The notes under the pieces are model-generated. The model was not told the origin of the DNA. It did no database searches and was given only the letters and a program-made list of their open reading frames with translations. Positions 1 to 9,356 of a DNA stretch of 37,732 nt are shown here, piece after piece. Position numbers and translations under genes: made by a program. The DNA is from Nocardioides sp. GTDB lineage: Bacteria; Actinomycetota; Actinomycetes; Propionibacteriales; Nocardioidaceae. Numbering within the stretch: position 1 is the first letter of the stretch; each line of letters begins with the position of its first letter. The stretch is taken from NCBI GenBank assembly GCA_049593675.1, contig JBAWHI010000264.1, forward strand, positions 1-37,732, written 5' to 3'.

Positions 1-48
1 GTCCACCGACGCGTCGGTGGACGCCTGTGGAGGTCGTGCGGCTGGCAT
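1..48 (-). CDS. 5' fragment of a gene running off the left edge (MPAARPPQASTDASVD...)
   Basis: ATG at 48 preceded by GGGGAGGTGTCG (SD-like); frame open to position 1; TAAAGT -10-like hexamer at 100-105 (minus). Only 16 codons visible. Confidence 0.4.
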   Translation of the reverse strand, partial: MPAARPPQASTDASVD

Positions 49-165
49 CGACACCTCCCCGGTCTCGCGTGGACGGGGGACGCCCCGCCCGGCATCGGCA
101 CTTTAGTGCAGGGTAAAGGAGCCGGACGACCTCCGGGGCGGGTTGGGAGAACGCTGTCGCAGGTC

Positions 166-573
166 CTAGGTGTTGACGATGAGGGAGCTCAGCGCCCAGA
201 TCACGAGCACGTCGATGGCGATCACGATCATCGACCAGAGCGGGTAGGTGGGCAGGAAGGCGAAGCTCGCGACCGCGGAGAGCACGGCGATCAGGACTCC
301 TGCGGCTCGTGCCCAGGTCTGTCCGTAGAGGACACAGATGCCGACGACCATGGCCACCGTGCCGATGGCCAGGTGGATCCAGCCCCAGGTGGCCAGGTCG
401 GCCGTGTACAGGTAGTCCGGAGTCGCGAGGAAGACGTCGTCCTTGGCGACCGCCGTCATCCCCTGGAGGAACTGGAAGAGGCCGACGGTGACCAGGATGA
501 CGCCGCCGAAGGCGCCGACGCCGTAGGCCCAGACACCTCGGGCCGAGGCTTCGTACTGCTGCTGCGAGCTCAT
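166..573 (-). CDS. Small integral membrane protein, DUF7144-like
   Basis: 135 aa, about 4 hydrophobic segments; motifs GLFQFLQG, DLATWGWIHL, QTWAR, FLPTYPLWS; TAGCGT 7 nt before the ATG (leaderless-type). Confidence 0.75.
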   Translation of the reverse strand: MSSQQQYEASARGVWAYGVGAFGGVILVTVGLFQFLQGMTAVAKDDVFLATPDYLYTADLATWGWIHLAIGTVAMVVGICVLYGQTWARAAGVLIAVLSAVASFAFLPTYPLWSMIVIAIDVLVIWALSSLIVNT

Positions 574-609
574 GGGCCGGACGCTAGGAGGTCGACCAGG
601 AGGTGCGGC

Positions 610-701
610 TCACCCGAAACCGACGAACCGCGGGGCACGCCGGGGGAGGCCACGACCGTGGTCGGGGGCGTGGTGTCGACCTGCTCGCCCGTTTCCGGTG
701 A
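610..701. promoter_or_regulatory. Two inverted copies of a 17-bp TCACCC-N5-GGGTGA-like box
   Basis: TCACCCGAAACCGACGA (610-626) and TCGCCCGTTTCCGGTGA (685-701; reverse complement matches the first at 14/17), between divergent genes. Confidence 0.5.
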
Positions 702-765
702 GGCGCCTCGCGACCCGTCGGCCTACGGTCACGGCACAGGCCCATCCGAGTGCCAAGGGAACCCC

Positions 766-972
766 ATGCCGATGACCAGGATGATGATTCGCGTCGACGC
801 GGAGCTGTCCGATGAGCTGTCCGGCGCGTTTCCTCACCTCACGGCTCGCACGCAGCCCGCGACCACGACGCTGACCGGCGACGTGACCGATCAGGAGGAG
901 CTGCAGGGCGTGCTGAACCTGTTGAACTCGCTCGGCATCGCGGTCGTCGAGGTCGTCACGATCCCGGAGTGA
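766..972 (+). CDS. Small hypothetical protein (68 aa)
   Basis: Coding-like tail of ORF 106..972 (IRVDAELS...AFPHL...LTGDVTDQEELQGVLNLLNSLG); AAGGGA before ATG 766 (alternative ATG 772). Confidence 0.65.
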   Translation: MPMTRMMIRVDAELSDELSGAFPHLTARTQPATTTLTGDVTDQEELQGVLNLLNSLGIAVVEVVTIPE

Positions 973-2080
973 GGGCTGCGCCACCTGGCGCATCGGGAGC
1001 CTCGGTGGAGCTCTGCGCCGAGGCGTCCGGCTTCTCCGGCTTGTTGGAGATCAAGGGCACCAGCCATCGCAGTCGTGGATCGGTGTCGATCAGCACTGCC
1101 TTGACGAACAGCGAGAGCGGGATCGCGAGCAGCGCCCCGAGCGGGCCGACCACCCAGGCCCAGAAGATGAGGGAGAAGAAGCTCAGCGTCGTCGACAGCC
1201 CGACCGTGTCCCCGACGACCTTCGGCTGGATCACCGACTGGATGACCACGTTGAGCACGCAGTAGACGATGACGACCGTGATCATCATGCTCGGGCCGCC
1301 CTCCAGCAGCGCGAGGATCGCCGGCGGGATCAGGCCGATCACGAAGCCGATGTTCGGGATGTAGTTGGTGATGAAGGCCAGTAGCCCCCACAGGATCGGC
1401 AGCGGGACCCCGATGATGGCGAGGGCGATCGTGTCGAGCACCGCGACGATCAGTCCGAAGACCGTCGACACCGCCAGGTAGCGGCGGGTGCCGTGGGCGA
1501 AGTCCTCGAGAGCGCCGATGATCTCCGGCTTCACCGCGCGGGCCCGCTCCAGCTGCCGGGGGAACGAGCCGCCGTCCATGGTCATGAACAGCACCAGGGC
1601 GAGGATGAAGAACAGGTTGGAGAACAGCCCCATCAGGTCCGACAGCAGGCTGCTGATGAACCCGCCGAGCTGTCCGACGTCGAGGGACGACTTGGCGTCG
1701 TCGATCTGCTTGGTGCTGACCCCGAGGTTGTTCAGCCACCCGACGAGGTCGTTGAAGCGCGTCTGGAGCTCGTCGGCGTAGGTCGGCAGCAGCTCTCCGA
1801 AGCGGGCGATCGAGACGAACAGCGCGATCGCGAGGGCGATGGCGCCCAGGTAGACCACCAGGATGCAGCCCAAGGACGCCGCCCACGACGGCATGCCCTT
1901 GTCCAGCCACCGCCGCAGCGGGTGCGCCACGATGGTCAGGATCAGGGCGAGGAACAGCGGGGCGAAGATGTCGGCGATCCCTCGCAGTCCCGCGACGGCG
2001 ATGACGGTCGCGGCCACGCCGAGCATGACGACAAGGCCCCGCGGGAGGGCGGACGGGGTCGGTTCAGTGGTGGTCGACAC
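956..2080 (-). CDS. AI-2E family (PerM/TqsA) transporter
   Basis: Multi-TM; WGLLAFITNYIPNIG, IQPKVVG, GPLGALLAIPL motifs. Start moved to GTG 2080. Confidence 0.9.
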   Translation of the reverse strand: MSTTTEPTPSALPRGLVVMLGVAATVIAVAGLRGIADIFAPLFLALILTIVAHPLRRWLDKGMPSWAASLGCILVVYLGAIALAIALFVSIARFGELLPTYADELQTRFNDLVGWLNNLGVSTKQIDDAKSSLDVGQLGGFISSLLSDLMGLFSNLFFILALVLFMTMDGGSFPRQLERARAVKPEIIGALEDFAHGTRRYLAVSTVFGLIVAVLDTIALAIIGVPLPILWGLLAFITNYIPNIGFVIGLIPPAILALLEGGPSMMITVVIVYCVLNVVIQSVIQPKVVGDTVGLSTTLSFFSLIFWAWVVGPLGALLAIPLSLFVKAVLIDTDPRLRWLVPLISNKPEKPDASAQSSTEAPDAPGGAALTPGS

Positions 2081-2113
2081 TCCACCATGGTCACGGTCCG
2101 CCTGAGCGACCGG

Positions 2114-2132
2114 CTCACCCGAGTTGGGTGAG
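2114..2132. promoter_or_regulatory. Palindromic operator-like site CTCACCC-N5-GGGTGAG
   Basis: Perfect 7-bp arms in the 85-bp gap between divergent AI-2E and cls starts. Confidence 0.55.
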
Positions 2133-2165
2133 GCTGCTCGCCACACCGGTGTCTACGGTGAGCCC

Positions 2166-3656
2166 ATGTCGGACTGGGCCATCGCGCTCCCCACCATCTT
2201 GGGCGCGGCGCTGTCCCTCGCGCACATCGCGATCGTGATCGGGGCGCTGGTCGTGCTGCCGGGCAACCGGCGTCCCCAGACGGCGATGGCCTGGCTGATC
2301 CTGATTCTGGCCGTCCCCTACTTCGGGTTCCTGCTCTTCCTCCTCTTCGGCCGCACCTCGGTCGGGCGCACGCGCCGCACCCAGCAGGCGGAGGTCAACG
2401 CCGCGATCCTGGCCGCGGCCGACCTGGAGGAGATCGACGACCCCGAGCAGCGCGCCCGGCTGCTGCCGCTGCACCACACCTTCGCGCGGCTGAACCGCAA
2501 CCTCGCCTCCCTCCCGCTCACGTTCGACAACTCGATCGAGCTGATCACCGACTACGAGGGCTGCGTGGAGGCGATGCGGCAGGAGATCGCGAACGCCCGC
2601 GACTACGTGCACGTGCAGTTCTACATCTCCGCGTGGGACGAGGTGACGGCGCCGTTCTTCGAGGAGCTGGTGCGAGCGACCGAGCGGGGCGTCACGGTCC
2701 GCTTCCTCTTCGACCACATCGGGTCGAAGGGGATCCCGGTCTACAAGGAGATGCTCAGCAAGCTGGAGGGCACCAAGATCCAGTGGGCCCTGATGCTGCC
2801 GGTCCGCCCGCTCAAGGGCGAGTTCCGGCGACCCGACCTGCGCAACCACCGCAAGATCCTGGTGGTCGACGGGCGCGTGGCCTTCAGCGGCTCGCAGAAC
2901 CTGATCGAGGCCTGCTACGACAAGCCGAAGAACCAGAAGCTCGGCCGGGCCTGGGTCGAGCTGATGGCACGGGTCGAGGGACCGGTCGTCCAGGAGCTCA
3001 ACGTCGTCTTCGCCACGGACTGGTTCGTCGAGACCGGTGAGAACCTCTCCGACGTCGTGTCGGTCCACGCGCCGCCGCCCTCGACCCGACCCGGCGCGCT
3101 GGCGGGGGTCCCCGTCCAGGTGGTTCCGAGTGGGCCGGGCTTCGACAACGAGAACAACCTGCGCCTGTTCAACTCCATCATCTACTCGGCCGAGCAACGC
3201 GTGTCGCTCACCAGCCCGTACTTCGTCCCGGACGACTCGCTGCTCTACGCCGTCACCACCGCAGCGCAGCGCGGCGTCGATGTCGAGCTCTTCGTCGGGG
3301 CCACGGCCGACCAGTTCATGGTCTCCCACGCCCAGCGCTCCTACTACGAGGCGCTGCTCACCGCCGGTGTCCGGATCTGGCTCTACCCGGAGCCGTGGGT
3401 GCTGCACGCCAAGCACTTCTCGGTCGACGACAAGATCGCGGTGGTCGGGTCGAGCAACATGGACATGCGCTCGCTGGTGCTCAACTACGAGGTCGTGATG
3501 ATGATGCTCGGGCCCGACATCGTGGCCCGGCTCGGCGAGGTGCAGGACACCTACCGGTCGCTCTCGACCGAGCTGACGCTCGAGGACTGGCGGGCCCGCA
3601 GCCGCGGCCAGCGCTACCTCGACAACCTGATGCGGCTGACCGCGACCCTGCAGTAG
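2166..3656 (+). CDS. cls: Cardiolipin synthase (PLD superfamily)
   Basis: Two N-terminal TMs (AMAWL...P.FG...FG); two HKD motifs, NHRKILVVDG and LHAKHFSVDD, followed by GSQN and GSSNMDMRS; TACGGT 6 nt before ATG 2166. Confidence 0.92.
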   Translation: MSDWAIALPTILGAALSLAHIAIVIGALVVLPGNRRPQTAMAWLILILAVPYFGFLLFLLFGRTSVGRTRRTQQAEVNAAILAAADLEEIDDPEQRARLLPLHHTFARLNRNLASLPLTFDNSIELITDYEGCVEAMRQEIANARDYVHVQFYISAWDEVTAPFFEELVRATERGVTVRFLFDHIGSKGIPVYKEMLSKLEGTKIQWALMLPVRPLKGEFRRPDLRNHRKILVVDGRVAFSGSQNLIEACYDKPKNQKLGRAWVELMARVEGPVVQELNVVFATDWFVETGENLSDVVSVHAPPPSTRPGALAGVPVQVVPSGPGFDNENNLRLFNSIIYSAEQRVSLTSPYFVPDDSLLYAVTTAAQRGVDVELFVGATADQFMVSHAQRSYYEALLTAGVRIWLYPEPWVLHAKHFSVDDKIAVVGSSNMDMRSLVLNYEVVMMMLGPDIVARLGEVQDTYRSLSTELTLEDWRARSRGQRYLDNLMRLTATLQ

Positions 3657-3669
3657 CGATACTGGTCGG

Positions 3670-4317
3670 GTGAACCCCAGCCGTCGCCGTTCCGCGGTGC
3701 TGATCGCACTGCTGGCGGCGGTGATCAACCTGCCGTTGGTGCACGGCGCCTGGATCCAGCACCGCGTCGAGACCTCCGGCACGGACGTGGTCGGCAATGT
3801 CGTCGACGACCGCGTCGTCGCCGACGAGGAGTTCTGGGTCTCCTTCACGCTCCCCGCCGATCTCGACCCCGACCAGGTGGCTCGGCAGGCGAAGGTCGAC
3901 GAGGACACCTACGACGACGCGGTCGCCGAGGGTGTGGTCGGGGTCCGCGTGCTCGAGGACGACCTGGGCGCCTACCGCGTCGACGGCGCTGCGGAGAGCC
4001 GCGCCGCCCTGGTCGCGACCCTCCTCGCGGATGCGGTGCTGCTGGTCATCCTCGCGCTGCTGTGGCGCTTCGGGGGGCGCCGGCGCTCCGACCTGCGCGC
4101 GGTCGCCCTCGGGGACGTGCGGCGGTGCGTCCCGGAGACGTCGATGGAGCGCATCGACGGGGAGGACTACCGCATCCGCGGCGACGTGCTCGAGATCGCG
4201 GAGGGCCGGGTCGTCCTCGACCTCGGCAATCGCACCGTCGACGTGCTCCTGGACGGGCACCACAACCCGGTCGGCCACCAGCAGGCCGCCGAGGTGCACG
4301 TCCGACTCCTCACCTGA
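3670..4317 (+). CDS. Hypothetical membrane protein (2 TM plus soluble domains)
   Basis: 215 aa, fills the gap, GC-rich third positions, two hydrophobic segments; no family recognised. Confidence 0.7.
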   Translation: MNPSRRRSAVLIALLAAVINLPLVHGAWIQHRVETSGTDVVGNVVDDRVVADEEFWVSFTLPADLDPDQVARQAKVDEDTYDDAVAEGVVGVRVLEDDLGAYRVDGAAESRAALVATLLADAVLLVILALLWRFGGRRRSDLRAVALGDVRRCVPETSMERIDGEDYRIRGDVLEIAEGRVVLDLGNRTVDVLLDGHHNPVGHQQAAEVHVRLLT

Positions 4318-4385
4318 GGGGGCGCGAGCGGGTCTACCTGCGGCCGGCACACATCCGTTGCGCGGGAACGGGGTACGCCACCGGC

Positions 4386-4862
4386 ATGACCCGCTTCTCC
4401 GCCAGCACCCGCGCCGAGGCCCTGGTCGCGGCACCCCGCGCCGACATCTGGGCCGCCCTGACGGACCCGGCCCTCGTGGCCGAGCTGACGCCGTTCGTCA
4501 AGCAGATCACCGAGGACGGTGAGCACTGGCGCTGGGAGCTCTCCGGCCTGACCGTGCTCGGCGTCGGCGTGGCCCCCGCGTTCACCGAGCGGATGTCCTA
4601 CGACGAGCCGCGCCGGATCGACTTCCGCCACGACCCGCCGCAGGGCTCGACCGAGCGCTCGTCGGTGGAGGGCTGGTACGAGCTCGAGGAGGCCGACGCC
4701 GGCACCCGCCTGACCACGTCGCTGGAGATCACGCTCGACCTGCCGCTGCCGAAGGTCTCGGGGCGTGCGGTGCGCGCCACGATGAACGGCGTGATCGACC
4801 AGATGGGCGAGCGGTTCTCGAAGAACCTGCTCGCCCACCTGGGCGCCGAGGAGGTCGGCTAG
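4386..4862 (+). CDS. SRPBCC/CoxG-like (START-fold) protein
   Basis: V.AP...IWAALTDP..VAELTP N-terminus and C-terminal helix (MGERFSKNLLAHL); start reassigned to ATG 4386. Confidence 0.8.
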   Translation: MTRFSASTRAEALVAAPRADIWAALTDPALVAELTPFVKQITEDGEHWRWELSGLTVLGVGVAPAFTERMSYDEPRRIDFRHDPPQGSTERSSVEGWYELEEADAGTRLTTSLEITLDLPLPKVSGRAVRATMNGVIDQMGERFSKNLLAHLGAEEVG

Positions 4863-4875
4863 CCGGGAGCCGGGC

Positions 4876-7197
4876 TCAGGCCCGCGCGTCCTCGGACGCC
4901 AGCTCGTCGAGCTCGGCGTCGAGGTCGCGGCCCTTCCTCAGGTGCGCACGGTCGAGCTTCTCGCCCTCGATGTCGACGTTGGGAAGGATCCGGTCGAGCC
5001 AGGCGGGGAGCCACCAGGCCTTCTCGCCGAGCAGGTACATCAGCGCCGGGATCAGCGTCATCCGCACCACGAAGGCGTCGAGGAGCACGGCCACCGCGAG
5101 GGCGAAGCCCATCGACTTGATGATCGGCTCGTCGATCAGGATGAACGCGGAGAACACCGCGATCATGATGGCCGCCGCGGCCGTGACGACCCGCGCCGAG
5201 TTCCGGAACCCGTCGACGACGGCCTCCCGGGTGCTCATGCCGTGCACGTGTGCCTCGCGCATCCGGCTGACCAGGAAGACCTGGTAGTCCATGGCGAGCC
5301 CGAACACCACGCCGATCAGGAAGATCGGCATGAAGCTGACGATCGGCTGGCCCTCCATGATGCCGAAGGCGCCCTCCTGGAACACCGCGACGGTGATGCC
5401 GAGCGTCGCGAGGACGGAGAAGAGGAAGCCGAAGGTCGCGGTGAGCGGCACCAGGATCGAGCGGAACACGATCATCAGCAGGATGAAGGCGAGTCCGACG
5501 ACGACGGCCAGGTAGATCGGCAGCGCGTCGCTCAGCCGGTCCGACACGTCGGTCGTGATCGCCGTCAGCCCGGTCACACCGGTGGTGGTCCCGGTCTCCT
5601 CCTCGATCGCGCTCTGACCGTCGCGCAGCTCCTCGAGCAGGTCCACGGTCGCGGCGTTCTCGGCGCCGGTGGTCGGGGTCACGAGGATCTGGGCCCCGGT
5701 GCCGTCCTCGTTCTGCATCACGACCTGGGCGTTCACGACGCCGTCCTGGCCGGCGGCCCACTCGGTCACGGCGCCGTACGCCGCCTGCGGGTCGTCGGTC
5801 TCGCGGCCGTCGACGACCACGATGAGCGGAGCGTCGCGGCCCGGCCCGAAGGCGTCGGCCGTCAGGTCCGAGGCCTTGCGCTGGGTCGTGTCGGAGGCGG
5901 CCGTGCTGTCACTCGGGAAGGCGAGGTACAGGTTGGACAGCGGGACCGCGAGAGCGCCGAGCCCGACCACGACGAGCAGGGCGACGACGGCCGGCTTGCG
6001 ACCGATCAGGCGCGCCCAGCGGACCCCGTTGTTGACGATCTGGCCGTCAGGCTCGCGTCGCGGGGAGTACTTGCGCACCCGGCCGCCGAACGCCTTGGAC
6101 TTCAGCAGGCCCAGGATGGCCGGCAGCAATGTGAGCGCCACCAGCACGGCGATGAAGACCGTGGAGGCCGCCGCGAGGCCCATCGTCGTCAGGAAGGGGA
6201 TCTGGACGATCGAGAGCGCGGCGAGCGCGATCAGCACGGTCAGCCCGGCGAAGACGACCGCGGAGCCCGCCGTACCGACGGAGATGCCCACCGCTTCCTC
6301 ACGGTCGTCCGTGTGGTGCAGCTCGGTGCGGTAGCGGGCGAGGATGAACAGCGTGTAGTCGATGCCGACCGCGAGGCCGATCATCGTGGCGAGCATCGGC
6401 GTCGTGGACCCGATGTCGGCGAACGCGGTCATCGCGGTGATGCCCATCATGCCGAGGGCGACACCGATCACGGCGGTGAGGATGGGGAGTCCGGCGGCGA
6501 CCAGCGAGCCGAAGGTCAGGACCAGGACGACCAGCGCGACGGCGATGCCGATCAGCTCGGAGGTCGAGTTGACCTCGGGCATGCCGGCCGAGCCGGCGCC
6601 GTTGGCCTCGACCTGGAGCCCGTCGACGCGGTGCTCGGCCATCGTGTCCTTGAGCGCGTCGATGGTGGAGAGCTCGACGTCGGCCACGGTCTCGACGTCG
6701 AACTGGAAGCTGATCTGGCCGACCGTGCCGTCCTCGGAGAGCGGCGACAGGGCGGCGGCGTTGGCCTCGACCACGTCGGGAGGCGTGCCGCTCTGCCGCG
6801 AGGCCTCCAGCATCTGCTGGCGCTGCGCCTCGGCGGCGTCGACCGGGTTCGCGAGCGGAGCATCGGGCGCCACCTGCGGAAGGGCCTGCAGATCGGCGAC
6901 GAGGGAGTCGACCTCCTCCTTGACCTGCGGGTCGTCGAGGGTCTGGCCCTCGGGAGCAGCGACGACGACGTTCACCGTCGCCTGGTCGAAGGCGTCCTGA
7001 GAGCCGGGAAAGAGCTCGGACTGGAGGTCGGCGGCCTTCTCGGACGGGATGCCCGGGATCGAGAACGCGTCGGTCATCGGCTTCGACATGGTCGCGGCGA
7101 AGGTGCCGACGGCGAGCATGGCGATGAGCCAGCCGGCGATGAACAGCGGCCAGCGCCGGTAGGCGAGCTTGCCGAGGCGGTGGAGCAGGGTTGCCAT
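4876..7197 (-). CDS. MMPL (RND superfamily) transporter
   Basis: 773 aa; GLAVGIDYTLFI..RYR, GTAGSAVVFAG.TV, FGLAMDYQVFLVSRMRE, LDAFVVRMTLIPA. Confidence 0.95.
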   Translation of the reverse strand: MATLLHRLGKLAYRRWPLFIAGWLIAMLAVGTFAATMSKPMTDAFSIPGIPSEKAADLQSELFPGSQDAFDQATVNVVVAAPEGQTLDDPQVKEEVDSLVADLQALPQVAPDAPLANPVDAAEAQRQQMLEASRQSGTPPDVVEANAAALSPLSEDGTVGQISFQFDVETVADVELSTIDALKDTMAEHRVDGLQVEANGAGSAGMPEVNSTSELIGIAVALVVLVLTFGSLVAAGLPILTAVIGVALGMMGITAMTAFADIGSTTPMLATMIGLAVGIDYTLFILARYRTELHHTDDREEAVGISVGTAGSAVVFAGLTVLIALAALSIVQIPFLTTMGLAAASTVFIAVLVALTLLPAILGLLKSKAFGGRVRKYSPRREPDGQIVNNGVRWARLIGRKPAVVALLVVVGLGALAVPLSNLYLAFPSDSTAASDTTQRKASDLTADAFGPGRDAPLIVVVDGRETDDPQAAYGAVTEWAAGQDGVVNAQVVMQNEDGTGAQILVTPTTGAENAATVDLLEELRDGQSAIEEETGTTTGVTGLTAITTDVSDRLSDALPIYLAVVVGLAFILLMIVFRSILVPLTATFGFLFSVLATLGITVAVFQEGAFGIMEGQPIVSFMPIFLIGVVFGLAMDYQVFLVSRMREAHVHGMSTREAVVDGFRNSARVVTAAAAIMIAVFSAFILIDEPIIKSMGFALAVAVLLDAFVVRMTLIPALMYLLGEKAWWLPAWLDRILPNVDIEGEKLDRAHLRKGRDLDAELDELASEDARA

Positions 7198-7234
7198 GGT
7201 GGCGGTCTTCCTGTCGGTCGGTGGGAGGTCGAGG

Positions 7235-7834
7235 TCAGGTGAAGAGTGAGCGGGCTTGGTTGAGGTAGAGGTCGAACAGCTCGTCGAGCGGGCGGTCGCC
7301 GCCCTCGAGGAACGTCGACAGGGCGGAGTCGAAGAGCGCGCCGATGATGCGCACCGCGAGGCGGGCGTGCTCGACGGGGAAGTCGTCGCCCTCGCGCTCG
7401 AGGATGAGCGCGGCGAAGTCGTCGGTGAGCTGCTCGAAGCGCTGGTGGGCGGCGGCGAGGACCCGGTCGCTGCCCACGAGGACCCGCCGGGTCAGCATCA
7501 TCGTCTCCCGGTCCGGCTCCTTGACGGCCAGCAGCGCCTTGGCGAGCGCGCCGAGGTCCTCGATCAGGGAGCCGTGCGGTCCCCCGTCGTGGAAGGCAGC
7601 CTTCGCCGCCGGTGGCAGCTCGGGGATGGTGCCGAGCACGGCGTCGAGCTTGCTCGGGAAGTAGTTGAACAGCGTGCGTCGCGACACCTCGGCCGCGTCG
7701 GCGAGATCGTCCATCGTGAAGCCGTCCAGCCCATGCACGTCCGTGAGCCGCTGGGCGCACATCGAGATGCGGTGGCTGGTCTCCCACCGCTTCTGCTCGC
7801 GCAGGCTGGTTGCACTTTCGGTCACGGAGTGCAT
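7235..7834 (-). CDS. TetR family transcriptional regulator
   Basis: LREQKR...FTMDDLADAAEVSRRTLFNYFPSK HTH; start ATG 7834 (alternative GTG 7825). Confidence 0.9.
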   Translation of the reverse strand: MHSVTESATSLREQKRWETSHRISMCAQRLTDVHGLDGFTMDDLADAAEVSRRTLFNYFPSKLDAVLGTIPELPPAAKAAFHDGGPHGSLIEDLGALAKALLAVKEPDRETMMLTRRVLVGSDRVLAAAHQRFEQLTDDFAALILEREGDDFPVEHARLAVRIIGALFDSALSTFLEGGDRPLDELFDLYLNQARSLFT

Positions 7835-7860
7835 TCTTGCACTCTCAGTCTCTGAGTGCA
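7811..7860. promoter_or_regulatory. Tandem TGCACT-N11-AGTGCA operators (probable TetR autoregulation)
   Basis: Two inverted repeats with identical arms and spacing at 7811-7833 and 7838-7860, overlapping the tetR start. Confidence 0.75.
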
Positions 7861-7924
7861 AAATTGTGGCGGTCGTCACACCGGGACTTGCCGGTAACCG
7901 CGGCCGAGCGGAAGGGTGCCAGGC

Positions 7925-9304
<1,380 letters not shown>

Positions 9305-9356
9305 GGCCGATCGCCCGGACCGGGGTGCGGTGCGGGCCGCCGGCGATCTCCGTCGC

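Noticed and set aside
1..22. Perfect 22-bp palindrome GTCCACCGACGCGTCGGTGGAC
   Set aside because: At the window edge, probably inside a coding region, single copy; cannot be interpreted.
4357..4376. SigB/SigF-type promoter (GGGTA) before the SRPBCC gene
   Set aside because: No properly spaced GTTT -35 element; too weak.
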